A DNA stretch of 64,000 nt, from positions 896,001 to 960,000 of the forward strand of contig OZ242274.1 in NCBI GenBank assembly GCA_965207375.1. Reading direction: 5' to 3'. The stretch's first letter is position 1, and each line of letters starts with the position of its first letter. Positions 58,744 to 64,000 of the stretch are shown here, piece after piece. The DNA comes from Nitrosopumilaceae archaeon (GTDB lineage Archaea > Thermoproteota > Nitrososphaeria > Nitrososphaerales > Nitrosopumilaceae). A model generated the notes under the pieces. It had not been told where the DNA came from and made no database searches. It saw nothing but the letters and a program-made list of their open reading frames with translations. The position numbers and the translations under genes are program-made.

Positions 58744-59409
58744 TCATTCAGATTTATCATCTTCCAAATCTGCAAATTCGTCATCAATTTTGATCTTAGT
58801 CAGAGGTATCTTGCTTACCGGTATGAATAATGCAACTAGTCCCCCAATTTTGATAACATTTGAAATAAAGTACAATATTGATTCAGGAAACACAAAGGAA
58901 TACCATGACAAAAATTCTCCTAATGCCAACATTGCCAAGCCTACTGCCACCACCATTGTACCTTTTTTTCTATTTTCAAAATATGACATCATAGTTTCAA
59001 TTGCACCATATACTAGTAAAATAAAGGAAACGGATCTAAGTATGTGCGCTATGTGTACTGACGATACCAAAAACAACGGAAAAACCGTAACTGATCTAAA
59101 ATATCTTGATTTGGGCAAAAACGCCTTCAAACTATGAGAAAATGCAATAAAGAAGTATCCGACCGTTTGAATTCCTATCCCTAATGTTTGAACCCATTTC
59201 TCTATATGTCCTGATTTTATAATTAAATCATCTATCATAAATCCTATCCAAATCACACAAAACCCTGCACTAATGGCAAAAAATGCAATTGATAATCTAA
59301 ACAAAGTGGGACTACCTGTGTTTCTAAAACCAATAGCTGACATTATTCCAATGGCTAATCCTACCAAAAATCCAACTAAATTTAGTATGCTTTCTATGGG
59401 TATGTCCAA
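58744..59409 (-). CDS. Multi-pass (about 6-7 TM) membrane protein
   Basis: 221 aa, hydrophobic. Confidence 0.75.
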   Translation of the reverse strand: MDIPIESILNLVGFLVGLAIGIMSAIGFRNTGSPTLFRLSIAFFAISAGFCVIWIGFMIDDLIIKSGHIEKWVQTLGIGIQTVGYFFIAFSHSLKAFLPKSRYFRSVTVFPLFLVSSVHIAHILRSVSFILLVYGAIETMMSYFENRKKGTMVVAVGLAMLALGEFLSWYSFVFPESILYFISNVIKIGGLVALFIPVSKIPLTKIKIDDEFADLEDDKSE

Positions 59410-59467
59410 TGTTTAAGAGAAATTATCTTTGTTAATTATTTTAACATGCTGCCATGATCTTACCTTT

Positions 59468-59677
59468 TTAATCCCATTCGTCTAATGATCCTGCAGCTTG
59501 TCCCTCTGTACTGCCTGTATAGTCTCCAAGTATGTCTGAATACTTTACATCATTGTGTGCTACATATTTTACATATTCTCCATAACTCATATCTAAATCG
59601 CAACTTGTACATTTGACAAATGAAAAGTCCGGCGGCAGCTCTGCATCCTCTTTGCATTTTGGACATCTGATCTTCAT
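59468..59677 (-). CDS. Small zinc-ribbon protein
   Basis: CPKC...CTSC. Confidence 0.75.
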   Translation of the reverse strand: MKIRCPKCKEDAELPPDFSFVKCTSCDLDMSYGEYVKYVAHNDVKYSDILGDYTGSTEGQAAGSLDEWD

Positions 59678-59730
59678 ATGTTTAGTACAGTATCATTTGT
59701 ATTAGTCAGTTGTGTCACAAAACAATAAAA

Positions 59731-60039
59731 ATGGCCAAAAAACCCATCCTTATTATGGAGAGAACATGCACCAAATGCAAAAATTCAATCCCAGATGAGG
59801 AGCAGCTAGACATTGTGGCTGAAAAATATCCATGCTGTAACAAATGCTGGGCAGAATGGAAGGAATACCGAATTATGGTTATGAACGAAATGCGACTTGA
59901 CATGTCAATGCCTGATCACCGCAAGGTCATGAAAAAACACGAAAAGGTATTTGCCGGTGTACTTACCCCCGAAGGCGACGTTATTGATTATGCCAATGAA
60001 GACAACAGAAACCCAGAAGAAAAATCTACATCCCAATAG
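59731..60039 (+). CDS. Fe(II)-trafficking protein (YggX-like)
   Basis: CWAEWKEYRIMVMNEMRLDMSMPDHRK. Confidence 0.8.
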   Translation: MAKKPILIMERTCTKCKNSIPDEEQLDIVAEKYPCCNKCWAEWKEYRIMVMNEMRLDMSMPDHRKVMKKHEKVFAGVLTPEGDVIDYANEDNRNPEEKSTSQ

Positions 60040-60487
60040 TTTTTTTGGCATTATCTGGAATTAATTTTAACATCAAACTCTTTTTTGATTCGTCCAGACT
60101 TGATATTATTTGCTTGATGGTATTTCCGATTATGTCCTGTTGTGATTTTTCCATCGACATCAGTATTTCTAATATGCCATCCAAATTGAATGTAATTATT
60201 TTTTCAGGATGATGTGTTATCTCTTCGATATATTTTGCAAACATCATCCTTCTTTGCTTTTCATCGAATCCAGATAGAACCTCCAGCCATGTTTTGCATA
60301 ATTTTGAAAAGTTTGGAAATGGAATTTGAGGTCCTGCAGACAAGGCATTGTTGATGATCTCCTTTTGTTCTAATTCAGACATTGTAAAAAACTCTTGTAG
60401 TCTTTTTGTCAGGATTGGTCTTCTTAAAAAATCCGGCAGACTTGCCAGGTTGACAATAATATTTCCTGCATAGTTGGGCTCTGACAT
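60026..60487 (-). CDS. Conserved hypothetical protein
   Basis: 153-aa ORF. Confidence 0.7.
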   Translation of the reverse strand: MSEPNYAGNIIVNLASLPDFLRRPILTKRLQEFFTMSELEQKEIINNALSAGPQIPFPNFSKLCKTWLEVLSGFDEKQRRMMFAKYIEEITHHPEKIITFNLDGILEILMSMEKSQQDIIGNTIKQIISSLDESKKSLMLKLIPDNAKKTIGM

Positions 60488-60565
60488 TTATTCTGATCGG
60501 TTTTGTTTGATATTAAATGATTTAGAAATATCTTAGCTTAAATACACAAGCCTGCATCAAGCAAT

Positions 60566-61567
60566 ATGCCCTCTACATTGGTAATAGGTGGTTTTTTTGG
60601 AGATGAAGGAAAGGGAAAAATCATCTCATATCTTGCACTACATGATGACCCTTCAATTATAGTAAGGGGCGGCGCAGGACCTAATGCTGGCCACACCATC
60701 AAAGACGGCAATGACACATTCAAGGTTAGAATGCTGCCAAGTGGCTTTATGAACAAAAGTGCAAAAGTCATGATAGGTCCAGGCGTAGTAGTTGATCCCA
60801 AAGTCTTACTTGCAGAAATAAAAAACTTTGATGCTCAAGGACGCGCATTTATTGATAAACATTGTGGAATAATTGAGCAAGACCATCTTATTCGTGATTC
60901 ACAAGGTCAATTAAAGCAAAAGATCGGAAGTACCGGCTCTGGTACGGGCCCTGCAAATGCAGATCGTGCCATGCGCACACTACATCTAGCCCAAGATTTT
61001 GACTCGCTATCTCAGTATCTAGTAGACGTTGCATCCCAAATCAACGATGCCTTAGATGCAAATCAACGCGTACTTGTAGAGGGAACACAGGGAACCTTTC
61101 TTTCTTTATGGCACGGCACCTATCCCTTTGTTACCTCCAAGGATGTCACTGCCTCTGGAATTTGTGCCGATGTTGGATTGGGTCCTACGCGTGTTGATGA
61201 GGTAATTGTAGTGTTTAAGGCATACGTTACCCGTGTAGGTACAGGACCTCTTACTGGAGAACTTGTACCTGAAGATACTGATAAACGAGGCTGGTCTGAG
61301 TTTGGTACAGTTACCGGACGCCCACGCCGTGCTGCAGAATTTGATTTTGAGCTAGCAAAGCGTGCCATCATGCTCAACGGTGCAACACAAATTTCCATAA
61401 CCAAACTTGATGTGTTATACCCTGACTGTGCCAGAAAAACCTCTTATGACGCATTAAACGACGAGGCACGCAAATTCATAAAAAACATCGAAGACAAACT
61501 TGGCGTGCCTGTAACTATAATTGGTACTGGTCCTAATATTGCAGATGTAATAGATAGACGCACCTAG
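60566..61567 (+). CDS. purA: Adenylosuccinate synthetase (short archaeal form)
   Basis: GDEGKGK, NAGHT, EGTQG and GTVTGRPRR motifs. Confidence 0.96.
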   Translation: MPSTLVIGGFFGDEGKGKIISYLALHDDPSIIVRGGAGPNAGHTIKDGNDTFKVRMLPSGFMNKSAKVMIGPGVVVDPKVLLAEIKNFDAQGRAFIDKHCGIIEQDHLIRDSQGQLKQKIGSTGSGTGPANADRAMRTLHLAQDFDSLSQYLVDVASQINDALDANQRVLVEGTQGTFLSLWHGTYPFVTSKDVTASGICADVGLGPTRVDEVIVVFKAYVTRVGTGPLTGELVPEDTDKRGWSEFGTVTGRPRRAAEFDFELAKRAIMLNGATQISITKLDVLYPDCARKTSYDALNDEARKFIKNIEDKLGVPVTIIGTGPNIADVIDRRT

Positions 61568-61614
61568 ATTTTTTTGTATGAAAGTTTAAGTTACCAGCAT
61601 CTTTTAAACAACTC

Positions 61615-62277
61615 ATGGACAAGTTGCCACGCTACGTTCAAGTTGCATCGACACTTGAATTTTCTCGTCTCGTGTGCGCCTTGGAGCGTGCCCCTCGTGT
61701 TTCCTTTCTACATGAGCATGAAGGACAAAAGGTTCTTTCGGTTCAAATGGATTTGTTAAAGGACAAACCCGTAATTTACTATACTCCTTTTGATAATGCG
61801 GGCCATTACATTTGTTACGGCTTTAAATCAGGCCAGGAAGAATCCGAAATAGTTGATTCTACCACAGATACTAGCAGACTGTATTCTCCAATTGTCAAGA
61901 TTAGATCCCTGCCTGCAAATCTTAAACCAGGAAATGGAACCGACGATAAATACCATCCAATCGTATTAGAGGATCTAGCAAGTCTAGCAAAACTAAGCTG
62001 CGGATTTGAAGAAGCACCCTTTCCATTATTTTCATTTCCACATGGTAGTAAATGGCTTGTAGGACTATTCATGAATTTTAATGAGGAGGGCTCGTCTTAC
62101 TTTTGCCATGTCATATTAGATGATGAACCAAAAAAACCATTCCTAAAGTTTACCACCTCTAACGGCGCATCTCCATCCTTTGTTAGCAGTCCTAATGAAC
62201 ATGGATATTCATATATCAAACTAGTAAAACTTGTTGACACACACCCTCTAATTGACTATGACCAGCTTCAAAACTAG
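61615..62277 (+). CDS. Conserved hypothetical protein
   Basis: 220-aa ORF between purA and pyrF. Confidence 0.7.
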   Translation: MDKLPRYVQVASTLEFSRLVCALERAPRVSFLHEHEGQKVLSVQMDLLKDKPVIYYTPFDNAGHYICYGFKSGQEESEIVDSTTDTSRLYSPIVKIRSLPANLKPGNGTDDKYHPIVLEDLASLAKLSCGFEEAPFPLFSFPHGSKWLVGLFMNFNEEGSSYFCHVILDDEPKKPFLKFTTSNGASPSFVSSPNEHGYSYIKLVKLVDTHPLIDYDQLQN

Positions 62278-62995
62278 AATCAAAAAAATATCCAAAACCC
62301 GCGGACCCGTAATTCTTGCAAATGATTACAATTATGGTACGGCAAATTTAGAGCAAAAAACCATTGCTAATATAAAAAATCTTCACCGCCATCTGTGTGG
62401 AATCAAATTAAATTTTCACCTATTATTGCCACTAGGCGCACAAGAAATAAAAAAAATTACAAAAGTAGCAGGTGACTATGGTCTGATTACCATAGCCGAT
62501 ATGAAATTAAACGATATTGGCAATACCAACATGGTCACAACCAAATATCTCTGGAATCTGGGATTTGACTGTGTAATTGTCAACCCCATTATGGGCACAG
62601 ACAGCCTTCATGCGATAATAAACCATGCTCACAAACAAGACAGGGGAGTAATCACGTTGTGTCATATGAGTGCACCTGAGGCACAGCTGAGCTATGACTT
62701 GAATCTGAAATCTGCCCCCTCAAAACTGTACAAATTATTTTTAAAATGGGCACTAGCACAAAAAGCAGATGGAATTATTGCAGGTGCCACCTTTCCTGAT
62801 ATCATAAAATACTGCAAAAAGACTTCTAAAGGAAAATTACCCATATACTCTCCCGGTGTCGGAACCCAAGGCGGAGATCCTAAAGAAATTGTATCTGCCG
62901 GTACTGACTATTTGATTGTGGGCAGAACCATCTTAAATGCAAAAAATCCTCTAGACAAACTGACAGAAATTCAGCGACTTGCCCTTGACAAATAA
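62252..62995 (+). CDS. pyrF: Orotidine 5'-phosphate decarboxylase
   Basis: DMKLNDIGNT, PGVGTQGG and IVGR motifs. Confidence 0.93.
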   Translation: MTMTSFKTRIKKISKTRGPVILANDYNYGTANLEQKTIANIKNLHRHLCGIKLNFHLLLPLGAQEIKKITKVAGDYGLITIADMKLNDIGNTNMVTTKYLWNLGFDCVIVNPIMGTDSLHAIINHAHKQDRGVITLCHMSAPEAQLSYDLNLKSAPSKLYKLFLKWALAQKADGIIAGATFPDIIKYCKKTSKGKLPIYSPGVGTQGGDPKEIVSAGTDYLIVGRTILNAKNPLDKLTEIQRLALDK

Positions 62996-63393
62996 TTATT
63001 TGCATTTGTTAAAACCGAGCGTGCATTTTCAAATGTTATCTTTTTTATTGCATCTTGAAGATTCAACCACACATAATCCAAATGCTCGTGCGATAATTTA
63101 ATTTCTCTTGTCTGCGTTTGTGCCAAAAAAAATACAACCTGTTTGTGTATGGAAATCCCCTCGTACTGAAAATCATACTGTATGGTTTGCTCAAAACCCT
63201 TGACAAATTCCAAATCTACAATTCCTGTCTCCTCTCTTGACTCCCTTATTGTCGTTTGATACTCTGTCTCCTCTCTTTCCATTTTTCCTTTAACAAAATC
63301 CCAGTGTCCTGTCGGATAATTTAACAGCAAAAAAAGGCGCTCCTCATTTTGACTCCTAAATATTACTGCACCTGCTGATTTTTCTTCAATCAT
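62971..63393 (-). CDS. Nudix hydrolase (Ap4A hydrolase-like)
   Basis: WDFVKGK..RESREETG and LSHEH motifs. Confidence 0.88.
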   Translation of the reverse strand: MIEEKSAGAVIFRSQNEERLFLLLNYPTGHWDFVKGKMEREETEYQTTIRESREETGIVDLEFVKGFEQTIQYDFQYEGISIHKQVVFFLAQTQTREIKLSHEHLDYVWLNLQDAIKKITFENARSVLTNANNYLSRASR

Positions 63394-64000
63394 TTATTTT
63401 CCTACTCTTCGCTTTCTTTTTTGGAATGTTCTAATAGCCCGCATGAGATCTATTTTTCTAAACTCTGGCCAAAAAATATCCATAAAAACTAACTCACTAT
63501 ACACGCTTTGCCACATTAAAAAGCCGCTCAGTCTTTTTTCTCCCGAGGTTCTTAGAATCATGTCCGGTGATGACTGTGGCAAATGTGATGTATACAAATT
63601 AGCCTCAATCTCATTTTTGTTTATGTCTTTGATATCTAACTGTCCTTCTTTGATTTTGGTGCCGATTTTTTTTACTGCATCGACTAGCTCGTTTTGTCCT
63701 CCGTATGCTAGGGCTATATTTAGAAAGTGACTGTCGTAATCCTTTGTGGCCTCGTCTAACTTGCTCAAAATTTCCTTAATCTTATCGGGCAAACGATCTA
63801 TCTGTCCTATCCCCTTTACCCTCATTTTGTTTTTATGAATTCTAGGATCATTGTATAATTTGTTTAAACGCTTTTCAATTAACTCAAATAAATAATCTAG
63901 TTCATCATCTGTTCTTTCTAAATTTTCAGCAGACAATGCATACAATGTAATTATTTTAATGTCAAATTCTTCACACCAATCCAGCAGGTTCTCTACTGCA
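63394..64000 (-). CDS. uppS: Polyprenyl diphosphate synthase (5'-partial)
   Basis: YALSAEN, YGG and RTSGEKRLSGFLMWQ motifs; frame runs off the window end. Confidence 0.93.
   Translation of the reverse strand, partial: AVENLLDWCEEFDIKIITLYALSAENLERTDDELDYLFELIEKRLNKLYNDPRIHKNKMRVKGIGQIDRLPDKIKEILSKLDEATKDYDSHFLNIALAYGGQNELVDAVKKIGTKIKEGQLDIKDINKNEIEANLYTSHLPQSSPDMILRTSGEKRLSGFLMWQSVYSELVFMDIFWPEFRKIDLMRAIRTFQKRKRRVGK

Overview
A 64-kb, AT-rich chromosomal segment from an ammonia-oxidizing archaeon (Nitrososphaerota/Thaumarchaeota, Nitrosopumilaceae-like; inferred from amoB/amoC/amoX/amoA, an archaeal histone, BHB-intron tRNAs and family-typical secreted proteins). Most of it is core genome: trpS, pheST, valS, aconitase, pdxST, purA/purB, pyrF, rtcB, rps11, thiL, coaD, the KEOPS/Sua5 region and seven tRNAs. 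Several accessory features sit on top of this. (1) The amoC-amoX spacer is about 1 kb and holds a 91-bp MITE plus a decayed IS1-like relic, and two more degenerate MITE copies occur elsewhere. (2) An intact IS66-family element with 24-bp TIRs and an 8-bp TSD splits a secreted blue-copper protein gene that can be rebuilt in frame. (3) A same-strand cluster at 37.5-44.8 kb encodes a His-rich membrane protein, a winged-helix regulator and a 1416-aa surface protein with four His-bearing CHRD domains on an EPT-repeat stalk, preceded by a palindrome; this is a candidate metal (copper) acquisition system. (4) tRNA-Leu(TAA) and tRNA-Trp(CCA) each carry two introns. (5) There is a candidate two-hairpin H/ACA-like RNA after pheT. 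(6) Several microproteins fall below the ORF-track cutoff. All product calls come from motif recognition only; no database searches were run.
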